Below are positions 11,439-20,208 of a stretch of DNA of 64,000 nt, piece after piece (the first letter of the stretch is position 1; every line of letters begins with the position of its first letter). Origin of the DNA: Candidatus Poribacteria bacterium (GTDB taxonomy: Bacteria; Poribacteria; WGA-4E; PCPOR2b). The notes below the pieces were generated by a model that saw nothing but the letters and a program-made list of their open reading frames with translations, was not told where the DNA came from and did no database searches. Both the position numbers and the translations under genes were made by a program. Where the stretch lies: the NCBI GenBank assembly GCA_965208325.1, contig OZ242326.1, forward strand, positions 672,001-736,000, given 5' to 3'.

Positions 11439-13382
11439 ATGAGCAGCAAAGTCATTCCCCCGGAAAATACGAGTTATCCAATTGCGGATGCCCATATAAG
11501 CAATTTGGAGCAATATCATGAAACGTATGCGGAATCGGTGACAGATCCAGACGGGTTTTGGTCGGAAATCGCCGAACGGATAACATGGTTTAAGAAATGG
11601 GATAAAGTTAGCGAGTACGACTTTGTTAAAGCGGATATCAAGTGGTTTGACGGCGGGAAGCTGAACGCATCGTATAACTGTCTTGACCGGCACGTTGAAT
11701 CCGGGCACGGCGATGCGATTGCGCTCATCTGGGAGGGTAACAATCCGGAGGAAGACAAGACATTTACTTACAGCGAGTTATTGAGCGAGGTAAAGCGATT
11801 CGCGAATGCACTCAAAACGATGGGTGTACGCAAGGGCGATCGGGTCTGCATCTATTTACAGATGATTCCAGAACTGCCGATTGCTATGTTGGCTTGCGCC
11901 CGCATCGGCGCGGTGCATTCGGTGGTGTTTGGCGCGTTTTCGGCGGAAGCGCTGCGCGATCGAATCAACGATTCGGCGTGCAAGATGTTGATTACGCAGG
12001 ATACCGCGGTACGCGGCGGGCGCGGCGGACTTCCGATGAAAGCGAACGCCGACCGTGCGGTTGCTGAATGTCCTTCGATTGAACGCATAGTCGTTGTACG
12101 CCGAACCGGCGATCGCGTCGACTTCGATTCTTCACGTGACCTCTGGTGGCACGACGTCATGGAGAACGCAATCGAAGCGTGCAAGCCGGAGGCAATGAAT
12201 GCCGAAGACCCGCTGTTCATCCTTTACACTTCCGGGTCAACCGGCCAACCGAAAGGTGTACTTCACACCACGGCTGGTTACCTACTTTATACCTCCTACA
12301 CCCACGAGACAATTTTTGATTACCGCGAGGGTGATGTCTACTGGTGTACGGCTGACATCGGCTGGATTACCGGACACTCCTACATCGTGTACGGTCCGCT
12401 TGCGAATGGAGCGATTAGCGTGATGTTTGAAGGCGTTCCGAACTATCCAGATTTTGGGCGGTTCTGGCAAGTTGTGGAAAAGCATGGCGTCAACCTATTC
12501 TACACGGCACCGACGGCGCTGCGCGCTTTGATGAAGGAAGGGGATGCGTGGGTCGAGAAATTTAACCGATCAACACTGAGGCTGCTTGGGACGGTGGGTG
12601 AACCGATTAAGGAACCGGAGTGGCTCTGGTACTACAACGTTGTCGGGGAGGGACGATGCCCAATCGTCGATACGTGGTGGCAAACCGAGACGGGCGGCAT
12701 AATGATCACACCGTTGCCAGCGGCAACGCCGCTCAAACCGGGCTCTGCAACCTTGCCGTTCTTCGGTGTCGTGCCTGTGATTTTGGATGAGGCGGGCAAC
12801 GAGGTCGAAGGCAATTCCGCAAGCGGATACTTGTGTATCAAAACGGCATGGCCAAGCTTGATGCGGACGGTTTACGGCGATCACGAACGCTTCCGGCAAA
12901 CTTATTTCGACCGATTTCCCGGTTACTACATGACTGGGGACGGCGCACTGCGCGACGAAGACGGGTATTATTGGATCACTGGACGTGTGGACGATGTGCT
13001 GAACGTCTCCGGCCACCGATTGGGCACCGCCGAAATCGAGGGAGCAATCGGCCAGCATGCGACTGTGGCTGAAGCGGCTGTTGTTGGATTCCCGCACGAG
13101 ATAAAGGGGCAGGGAGTGTATGCGTATGTCACACTGATGACCGGCGAAACGCCAACTGACGAGATTGAAAGCGGCATTATTGGTGCGGTCCGCCAGCATA
13201 TCGGACCGCACGCTACACCGGATAAAATCCAGTTTACACCGGCGTTGCCGAAAACGCGGTCAGGCAAGATTATGCGGCGTATCCTTCGAAAGATTGCTGA
13301 AGGCGACCTCTCCAATCTCGGCGACACCTCCACGCTCGCCGATCCGGCGGTGGTCGAATCGCTCGTTGAAGGGCGGAAGTAA
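11439..13382 (+). CDS. acs: Acetyl-CoA synthetase (acetate--CoA ligase)
   Basis: [70 protein letters not shown]. Confidence 0.98.
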   Translation: MSSKVIPPENTSYPIADAHISNLEQYHETYAESVTDPDGFWSEIAERITWFKKWDKVSEYDFVKADIKWFDGGKLNASYNCLDRHVESGHGDAIALIWEGNNPEEDKTFTYSELLSEVKRFANALKTMGVRKGDRVCIYLQMIPELPIAMLACARIGAVHSVVFGAFSAEALRDRINDSACKMLITQDTAVRGGRGGLPMKANADRAVAECPSIERIVVVRRTGDRVDFDSSRDLWWHDVMENAIEACKPEAMNAEDPLFILYTSGSTGQPKGVLHTTAGYLLYTSYTHETIFDYREGDVYWCTADIGWITGHSYIVYGPLANGAISVMFEGVPNYPDFGRFWQVVEKHGVNLFYTAPTALRALMKEGDAWVEKFNRSTLRLLGTVGEPIKEPEWLWYYNVVGEGRCPIVDTWWQTETGGIMITPLPAATPLKPGSATLPFFGVVPVILDEAGNEVEGNSASGYLCIKTAWPSLMRTVYGDHERFRQTYFDRFPGYYMTGDGALRDEDGYYWITGRVDDVLNVSGHRLGTAEIEGAIGQHATVAEAAVVGFPHEIKGQGVYAYVTLMTGETPTDEIESGIIGAVRQHIGPHATPDKIQFTPALPKTRSGKIMRRILRKIAEGDLSNLGDTSTLADPAVVESLVEGRK

Positions 13383-13431
13383 CTGTAGTCATCACAACGG
13401 TAAGCTAGCTAAACATTGTGGAGGTACCCAT

Positions 13432-13926
13432 TTGCCCTCAGCGGAAAAGATTGTGGACGAACTAAAGAAATGGGATGTGACGCATGTGATTGGCCTGCCC
13501 GACAATGGGAGTGCAGAAATTTATCGCCGGTTTGACCGAGATGCGGAGGTGGATGTCATCACCGTGAGCCGCGAGGGAGAAGCCTTCGCCATTGCATCAG
13601 GCTTGTACGTCGGCGGAAAGCGTCCCGTCGTCTTAATTCAAAATACGGGGTTTCTGGAGTCCGGGGACGCCTTCCGCGGGACAGCCTTCAACATGAAAAT
13701 TCCGTTGGTGACGCTAATCGGATATCGGGGGTATCATTCGATGGGTGCAGATGACGATTTCGTCGATACGGCGGCGACGTTCCTCGAACCGACGCTTAAA
13801 GCGTGGGGGCTTCCGTACAAAACGATTAAAACGGACGATGATGTTGGGTATATCAGCGACGCCTTTCGGGAAGCAGGTGCGGCATCTATGCCGAGCGCGG
13901 TGTTGATAGTTGGTATTTGTACGTAA
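13432..13926 (+). CDS. TPP-enzyme N-terminal (PYR) domain protein, sulfopyruvate/phosphonopyruvate decarboxylase alpha-like
   Basis: THVIGLPDN, TVSREGEAFAIASGL, VLIQNTG, IPLVTLIGYRG; GGAGG then TTG start. Confidence 0.8.
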   Translation: MPSAEKIVDELKKWDVTHVIGLPDNGSAEIYRRFDRDAEVDVITVSREGEAFAIASGLYVGGKRPVVLIQNTGFLESGDAFRGTAFNMKIPLVTLIGYRGYHSMGADDDFVDTAATFLEPTLKAWGLPYKTIKTDDDVGYISDAFREAGAASMPSAVLIVGICT

Positions 13927-13929
13927 AAT

Positions 13930-14365
13930 AAAACCCCTCTAGCTCCTCCTTGGTAAGGGGGAGGACATTTCGCGTAGGTCGAGATTCGGAGATCGCTCCT
14001 TCACGAGGGAGAATAAAGTCGTTGGGTTGCGCTTGAAGGAATTGTCTGAACTGTGATTCGTGTGATTAAATGATGGGCTATGATTAAGAGCGCGAATATC
14101 CTTTGGGTGTCGACATGATTTTGCACGTAGGTTAGCGCGGGATTGTTGCACATAAAATTGGTATGTTGATTGAGTGCAAGAAATGCGTGCCTGCATCGAA
14201 ACCCAACGCTTTTTTGTCGTCGAGAGGTTTGAAAAGCGTTGGGATTCGCTACATGTAATTTGCAATTGGCAATTTTTTTTCGGTTCTGTACTGTCAACTC
14301 ACTCGGAACGGTTTTGGCATTACCCGCTCTACCCAACCTACAAGAACTCCTTAATAAGGGGGGTT
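13930..14365. repeat. REP mosaic
   Basis: cccctctagctcc[tc]cctt[ga]g[tc]aagggggagga shared with ~16403; ttacccgctctacccaacctacaaga shared with ~9190/9385; CCTTAATAAGG palindrome. Confidence 0.7.
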
Positions 14366-14482
14366 AGGGGAGGTAACCCGCCAAAACTTTTTCATTTACC
14401 TGATATTTCAGAGTGTGATAAAATGTAAGCGATTGCAATTCCATCCTGTGAAATTAACTCATTTACTTAGGAGGAAAAATTT

Positions 14483-15286
14483 ATGTCAAGATTAACCTTG
14501 TTGTGCACGATTGTCATGGCTGTCGCGCTGGTGCATTCGGGCATCAGCGACGCGGCGATAGATCCCTCGACTGCAATGGGAATATGGCTGTTGGACGAGG
14601 GAAAGGGCGATATAGCGGTCGATTCGTCTGGCAACGACCATCACGGGACAATTAACGGCGCCCAATGGGTAGACGGAAAGTTCGGCGGCGCATTGAGTTT
14701 TGACGGTCAGGACGATTTCGTCGATTGCGGCAATTCTGAACTATTGAGAATCAGCGCCGGTTCCATGGCTGCATGGATAAGCATTAACGTCAGCGACGAC
14801 AGCGGTTTATCCGCGGTGACACTTCCTTATGATGACGGGGACGCGTGGGACGATCCTTGGCGGAGTTTGGGATTGGGTTCATGGCGAGGTTCGTTGCGCT
14901 ATTGGCTGGCAATTGACGGGAATAACGCCGAAATGCAACCGGGCGACATCAATACGAATCAATGGTATCATCTGGTTGCGACGTTTGATGGGACTAGCCG
15001 GAAAGCATATCTTGACGGCGAGCTCAAGTTTGAAGCTGAAACGCCGGGTACGATTATTTACGGCGATCCGAAGCCTTCGTTTGTCATTGGGGACCGTAAT
15101 GTAAACCGTGCCGCGTCCGGAGAGCGCATGAACGGCCTCGTCGACGATGTCGGTGTGTTTAATGTTGCGCTAAGCGACAGCGATGTTTCGGACATTATGA
15201 ACAATGGCTTGCAAGGCGTTGTTGCGGTAGAACCGTCCGGCAAACTGGCTACGACTTGGGCGACAGTAAAAAACCGGCGTGATTAA
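14483..15286 (+). CDS. Secreted LamG-like jellyroll protein
   Basis: Signal peptide; GIWLLDEGKG..DSSGN..G, WVDGKFGGALSFDG, WYHLVATFDG; C-terminal AVEPSGKLATTWATVK. Confidence 0.92.
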   Translation: MSRLTLLCTIVMAVALVHSGISDAAIDPSTAMGIWLLDEGKGDIAVDSSGNDHHGTINGAQWVDGKFGGALSFDGQDDFVDCGNSELLRISAGSMAAWISINVSDDSGLSAVTLPYDDGDAWDDPWRSLGLGSWRGSLRYWLAIDGNNAEMQPGDINTNQWYHLVATFDGTSRKAYLDGELKFEAETPGTIIYGDPKPSFVIGDRNVNRAASGERMNGLVDDVGVFNVALSDSDVSDIMNNGLQGVVAVEPSGKLATTWATVKNRRD

Positions 15287-15292
15287 GGTCTG

Positions 15293-15325
15293 AACCTTCG
15301 GAAGGCGTCTCGCCTTCCGAAGGTT
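15293..15325. repeat. Perfect 15-bp stem-loop between the LamG paralogs
   Basis: AACCTTCGGAAGGCG-TCT-CGCCTTCCGAAGGTT. Confidence 0.7.
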
Positions 15326-15356
15326 ATTCAAATTCGGGTGTGGGAGGTGACGACCT

Positions 15357-16151
15357 ATGGGGCGGTTAATTCAAACATGCGTGATGTGCGCGGTAGCCGC
15401 ACTGATGTTTAACGGTGCCGGTGACACAAAAATTGACCCGGAAACGGCTGTGGGTGTTTGGTTGCTAGATGAGGGCAGCGGAAATACCGTTTCGGACATC
15501 TCCGGCAACGGGAATGACGGGGAATTCGTCGGCGAACCCAAATGGATTGACGGGGTGTTCGGCAAGGCGCTGCATTTTGACGGTAAAGACGACATGGTTC
15601 CGGTCGGTCAAAACGAAGTTTTACGCGTGAGTGAAGGAACGATGATGAATTGGATCAATACGCAGACCGCCAACGACATCGGTTTATCTTCGATGACCAT
15701 TCCTTATGACGATGGACCGGCGTGGGATGCGCCGTGGCGGAGTTTGGGACTCGGCACATGGCAGGGTCAACTTCGATATTGGATTGCGATTAACGACCAG
15801 AATCGGGAAATACAGCCGGGCAACATTGAGGCAGATCGCTGGTATCACGAAACGATTACTTTTGACGGCGAGACACGTAAAGCGTACCTTGACGGCGAAC
15901 TTGTACAAGCGGTCGATGGGCCGGGCGAAATTACCTATGGGAAACCTACACCAACTGCTGTAATTGGCAGCGCAAGCATCGCGGTTCCCAGAGAAATGTT
16001 TAATGGTTACGTAGATGAAATCGCGATTTTTAACGTCGCACTTAGTGAAGAGGACATTAACGACATTATCGAAAACGGACTTAATGACATCTTAGCGGTC
16101 AATCCCAAACGGAAGGTAACCACGACTTGGGCAGCTATCAAAAGCGAATGA
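15357..16151 (+). CDS. Secreted LamG-like jellyroll protein (tandem paralog)
   Basis: Same architecture; shares PYDDG.AWD.PWRSLGLG.W.G.LRYW with the upstream paralog; tail AVNPKRKVTTTWAAIK. Confidence 0.92.
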   Translation: MGRLIQTCVMCAVAALMFNGAGDTKIDPETAVGVWLLDEGSGNTVSDISGNGNDGEFVGEPKWIDGVFGKALHFDGKDDMVPVGQNEVLRVSEGTMMNWINTQTANDIGLSSMTIPYDDGPAWDAPWRSLGLGTWQGQLRYWIAINDQNREIQPGNIEADRWYHETITFDGETRKAYLDGELVQAVDGPGEITYGKPTPTAVIGSASIAVPREMFNGYVDEIAIFNVALSEEDINDIIENGLNDILAVNPKRKVTTTWAAIKSE

Positions 16152-16269
16152 AGTAACGCAAACCTAGGGATTGCATCTGTGCAAATGGCAGCCCAAAATC
16201 CCCCTGAAGAATTGCATTGGCATAGCGTGGACTGTTACTGCACGACATGCACACGCGCGCTTTGTAGTT

Positions 16270-16515
16270 GAACTGAAACCGAGTTTTGGGGAAAAACTGT
16301 ATTAGTCAAAGAGAAGGTTGACACTGACGACCCTTTCTAATTTGATCTAAATTTCCAAATTCAGACTTGGATCTCGGTCTTGGCGCGAGTGCAAAGCACT
16401 TGACCCCCTCTAGCTCCCCCTTAGCAAGGGGGAGGATTTTCGGATGCTGGCGGCAACGTGCGCAAACGATCCTCTTGGCCATTACAGTTTTGGGGAAAAA
16501 CTCGGTTTCTTAGCG
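16270..16515. repeat. REP mosaic remnants
   Basis: aaaccgagttttggggaaaaact, ccccctctagctcccccttagcaagggggagga, agttttggggaaaaactcggtttct. Confidence 0.6.
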
Positions 16516-16545
16516 CGTATCCGTTGAAACCCGTGAAAAAGTTAT

Positions 16546-16590
16546 GAAAGCCAGAGAGTGAGTGAACCCTTTCTGGCTTTTTGATTTTTA
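16546..16590 (+). terminator. Putative intrinsic terminator
   Basis: AAAGCCAGAGAG...CTTTCTGGCTTT followed by a T-rich tract. Confidence 0.45.
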
Positions 16591-16962
16591 TGCCTGAATA
16601 TTCGTACCTCGTTTAACAGCTTCTGTCAAGGGAAATGAGACCTTTAATCCAGGTGGACACGAAGACTAGCGCAATTGCAGCGGGTAAACCGGGCGCAATA
16701 AACTCTCTGCGTACTGATCGTTCAACGCTAGCCAAAATCCGTTGAAATTGTTTATGGGAATCATTGGGGCACGCCGCGGAATGGAAGTTACGGGCATCGT
16801 TGCGCACGGGACGCACCGGGCGGCATTCGGATATAGTCTGGAGAAGCCGATGTGACGATTCATGTTGGAGATTGGCTAAAGGTTGACGTTAATTTCGGGC
16901 TATGTTATAATCCCAACCGGATACAGGACCAAAAAAAATGTGTTTTCGGAAGGGTAACCTTG

Positions 16963-17754
16963 ATGGCGGATCGATTAAAAAATAAGGTGGCGTTGATTAC
17001 CGGCGGCGGGACGGGTATCGGCAAGGCGATTGCCACTGTTTTTGCGCGGGAGGGCGCAAAAGTGGCTGTATCGGGTAGGACTGCCAGCACTTTATCTGAA
17101 ACCGTCTCGCAAATCAACAATGAAGGAAATGATGCGATTTACGTGCAGGGCGACGTGTCTATCGCAGCAGATGCCGACCGCATGGTTGAGGAGACCGTCA
17201 GGCAATACGGCAAACTTGACGTGTTGGTCAACAATGCGGGGGTTCGGGCAAGTATTTTGACGGTATTGGAATTGACGGAAGATGAATGGCAGCGAACCTT
17301 TGACATTGATGCAAAAGGGACGTGGCTCTGCTCGAAAGCGGCAATTCCTGAAATGCAAAAGGCGGGCGGCGGTTCCATTATCATGATTTCATCTAATTGC
17401 GCTTATATCGGACTCCGCAAACAGGGGGCGTATAATGCCGCCAAAGCAGCTCAAGAGCTCCTGATGAAGTGCATGGCTCTAGACTTCGCACCCGACAAGA
17501 TTCGCGTCAATTCGATTTGTCCGGCGTGGGTTAAAACGGAGATGAACCGCGAACAGTTAGCCGAGATGGAAGCCAATCCGGATCAGGAGTTTCCGCCCGG
17601 CTTTAAGTATACCGATGTTGTTGACCTGCATCCCATCGGGCGCATCGGTGAACCGGAGGATGTGGCTTGGGCGGCTGTCTATTTTGCGTCCGACGAATCT
17701 ACTTGGGCTACCGGCTCCTCGCTTGCACTCGACGGCGGATATACGTGCCAGTAA
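16963..17754 (+). CDS. SDR family oxidoreductase
   Basis: KVALITGGGTGIG, LVNNAG, YNAAK, IRVNSICP, ALDGG. Confidence 0.95.
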   Translation: MADRLKNKVALITGGGTGIGKAIATVFAREGAKVAVSGRTASTLSETVSQINNEGNDAIYVQGDVSIAADADRMVEETVRQYGKLDVLVNNAGVRASILTVLELTEDEWQRTFDIDAKGTWLCSKAAIPEMQKAGGGSIIMISSNCAYIGLRKQGAYNAAKAAQELLMKCMALDFAPDKIRVNSICPAWVKTEMNREQLAEMEANPDQEFPPGFKYTDVVDLHPIGRIGEPEDVAWAAVYFASDESTWATGSSLALDGGYTCQ

Positions 17755-17819
17755 CTAGTAATTTACGTCCTCGAATCGAGGCAGGTCGCTATATTTAACA
17801 GAACTGGTAAACAAGAATT

Positions 17820-20144
17820 ATGGAGCATCATTCAGTGAAATTCACAGAAGATGTGTTACAGCGCAACGATTTAGTGTATAAGGTGCTTCCGCCCCGGTGG
17901 GTATTTGGGTTGCCTATCGGCAACGGCCAGGTCGGCGGCATGATTTGGGTGGAGGACGAAACGAAAATTGTCGTCACACTTGACAGCGTTTGGGCATGGG
18001 ATTACCGGCAAACGCCGATACAGCAACCTGAGAAGAATAACTACGCGCGATTTCGAGAACTCATGGCAGCCGGCGAGGAAGAGGAAGCCCAGCAGGTTTT
18101 GAGGCCCGGAGGCATACAACCCACCAAGACCTACGTGGGCCGGCTCGTGGTTGATGTGGGGCGAAAAATTACGGGCGAAGCGCGTTTACGCTTAGCCGAT
18201 GCTGAGGTTGAACTTGAAGCACTGGCGGACAATGGGGAGACGATTCACCTAAAGTTCGCCGCCTATGCGAGTTTGGCCGCCATCGCGGTACAGCACAAAC
18301 CTCGCTCGGCGATAAAGGAGATTCGGCTTGAGCGGCTTCCGGCAGACAGCGTCGGGCTCCATAGCGTCCCGGACCTTGTAACCGGTACATCGAATTCCGT
18401 TGAATGGATACGTCAGGACATTCCGAGTAGTCCGTCGATTGTGATAGCGTTGCTTTCGGAGGAAACACAATCCTTTGCAACCGTCCAAGTCGCGCGGAAT
18501 GGCTTAGATCCCGTAGAAGAGGCGGTAAAAATACTTGAGTCGGCGGCGGTTAACGCTAGCGCGCACCGCGAAGAACACCGTTCTTGGTGGGCGAGGTTCT
18601 GGGAGAGATCGGCGGTTCAGATGCCCGACGAAAAAATTGAGTCGGTCTGGTATATGGGATTGTATATGCTAGCTTCAGCGAGCCGCGAGGGCGGTTGCGC
18701 GGCGAGCCTGCACGGTCTCTGGTCGCCTGACAGTTGCATCCCTCCGGCGCTCGGTTTTTATATTTGGGACTTTTATTCGCAGCATTGGGGGCTTTACACA
18801 GCGAATCAGTTAGAAATCGGGGAGGTTTTTTGCGATCATTTCTTGTCGATTCTTCCGCGCCTTAAAGAAGAGACGCAGCGTTTTTATGGATGGGACGGAG
18901 TTTTCGTCCCCGGATTCATGATAGTCGATGGATCATGGATTTATCTCGGCCACAGCCAATTATTGATTTGGCCCGGAACCAGTGCATGGGTGGCGCAGGC
19001 GTTCTGGTGGCAATATCTGTACAGTAACGATGTCAATTTTCTGCAACAGAAAGTCTATCCGTTTATGCGAGAATGTATGTTGTTCTATGAAGGATTGCTT
19101 GAGAAAGAGGACGACGGCAAATACCATTTGAACGTGAGCTACGCTCCCGAATTTAAGAGCTGGATCCGCGACGACACACTTAGCTTAGCCGTGATTCGAT
19201 ACCTCGTTGATGGGCTGTTGCGAGCAGTAGAGATACTTCAGAACAATGAACCTCATCTCGCCGTCTGGCAAGACATAGCTGAGAATCTCCAAACCTACCA
19301 CGTAAACGATTCGGGATTGATGTTCGGAGAAGAGTTGCCGTACACAGAATCGCACCGCCACATGTCGCATCTTGGACCGGTCTACCCGTGCGATAGCATG
19401 AACATTGACGGGTCTTCGGAAGATCGCCAACTCATCGACCGGACGATAAACCACGTCATCCTTAATGGTTACGGAACATTCGTCGGGTGGGCGTTCGTAT
19501 GGCTGTCAGCGATTGCTGCTCGAGCCGGGCGCGGGCAGATGGCGTGGTGGACGCTCAAGCAGTTTGCAGACGCTTTCGTGCCCTGTAACACGTACAATCT
19601 CAACCTTGATTGGGAGCGGAACGGCATCTCTATCCAGCCAGACACCTTGTGTGTCGATGGAAATATGGGCGCCGTAGATTCGGTCAACCAGATGCTCTTG
19701 CAGAGTTGGGGCGGCCGTATTCGTGTGTTTCCCGCGTGTCCCAGCCATTGGCGCGACGTCCGGTTCGACAACCTTCGCTGCGAGGGCGGCATACTGGTAT
19801 CGGCGGTGCGTTCAAAGGGACAGACACTAGGCGTTCGGCTGGAATCTGCGTCAGAAGCACGAGTTCGACTGAGAAACCCATTTAGTGATGCCGGCGGTTA
19901 TCTCGACGGAGCGCCGATTCAACCCGATGCGGACGGAGATTTAGTCGTCAGTCTTAGCGCCAGACAAGCGGTATGGTTGACCATCACATCCGAAATCGCA
20001 GAAATAGACTTGTGTGAGTTCACCGTCGCACGGCCAGAAGCGATGCGGAACCCGTATGGGCTGAAATACCTTGAAGATGCGTGGTTGACTGATAATCCGG
20101 ACATTCCAAACGTACACCCCCACTTTCGAGATACTTTCATCTGA
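17820..20144 (+). CDS. GH95-like glycoside hydrolase
   Basis: GLPIGNGQVGGMIW, SYAPE, HRHMSHLGPVYP, VDGNMGA..NQMLLQSW, IRVFPACP.HW. Confidence 0.8.
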   Translation: MEHHSVKFTEDVLQRNDLVYKVLPPRWVFGLPIGNGQVGGMIWVEDETKIVVTLDSVWAWDYRQTPIQQPEKNNYARFRELMAAGEEEEAQQVLRPGGIQPTKTYVGRLVVDVGRKITGEARLRLADAEVELEALADNGETIHLKFAAYASLAAIAVQHKPRSAIKEIRLERLPADSVGLHSVPDLVTGTSNSVEWIRQDIPSSPSIVIALLSEETQSFATVQVARNGLDPVEEAVKILESAAVNASAHREEHRSWWARFWERSAVQMPDEKIESVWYMGLYMLASASREGGCAASLHGLWSPDSCIPPALGFYIWDFYSQHWGLYTANQLEIGEVFCDHFLSILPRLKEETQRFYGWDGVFVPGFMIVDGSWIYLGHSQLLIWPGTSAWVAQAFWWQYLYSNDVNFLQQKVYPFMRECMLFYEGLLEKEDDGKYHLNVSYAPEFKSWIRDDTLSLAVIRYLVDGLLRAVEILQNNEPHLAVWQDIAENLQTYHVNDSGLMFGEELPYTESHRHMSHLGPVYPCDSMNIDGSSEDRQLIDRTINHVILNGYGTFVGWAFVWLSAIAARAGRGQMAWWTLKQFADAFVPCNTYNLNLDWERNGISIQPDTLCVDGNMGAVDSVNQMLLQSWGGRIRVFPACPSHWRDVRFDNLRCEGGILVSAVRSKGQTLGVRLESASEARVRLRNPFSDAGGYLDGAPIQPDADGDLVVSLSARQAVWLTITSEIAEIDLCEFTVARPEAMRNPYGLKYLEDAWLTDNPDIPNVHPHFRDTFI

Positions 20145-20208
20145 TAGGGTGTCAGCCTTGAGCGGGTAGCGTCTCGAAAATACTTATCTGAGGAGATGCC
20201 TTAGCCTA

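Noticed and set aside
16613..16863. Two short minus-strand ORFs
   Set aside because: No recognisable motifs or RBS; cannot be supported as genes
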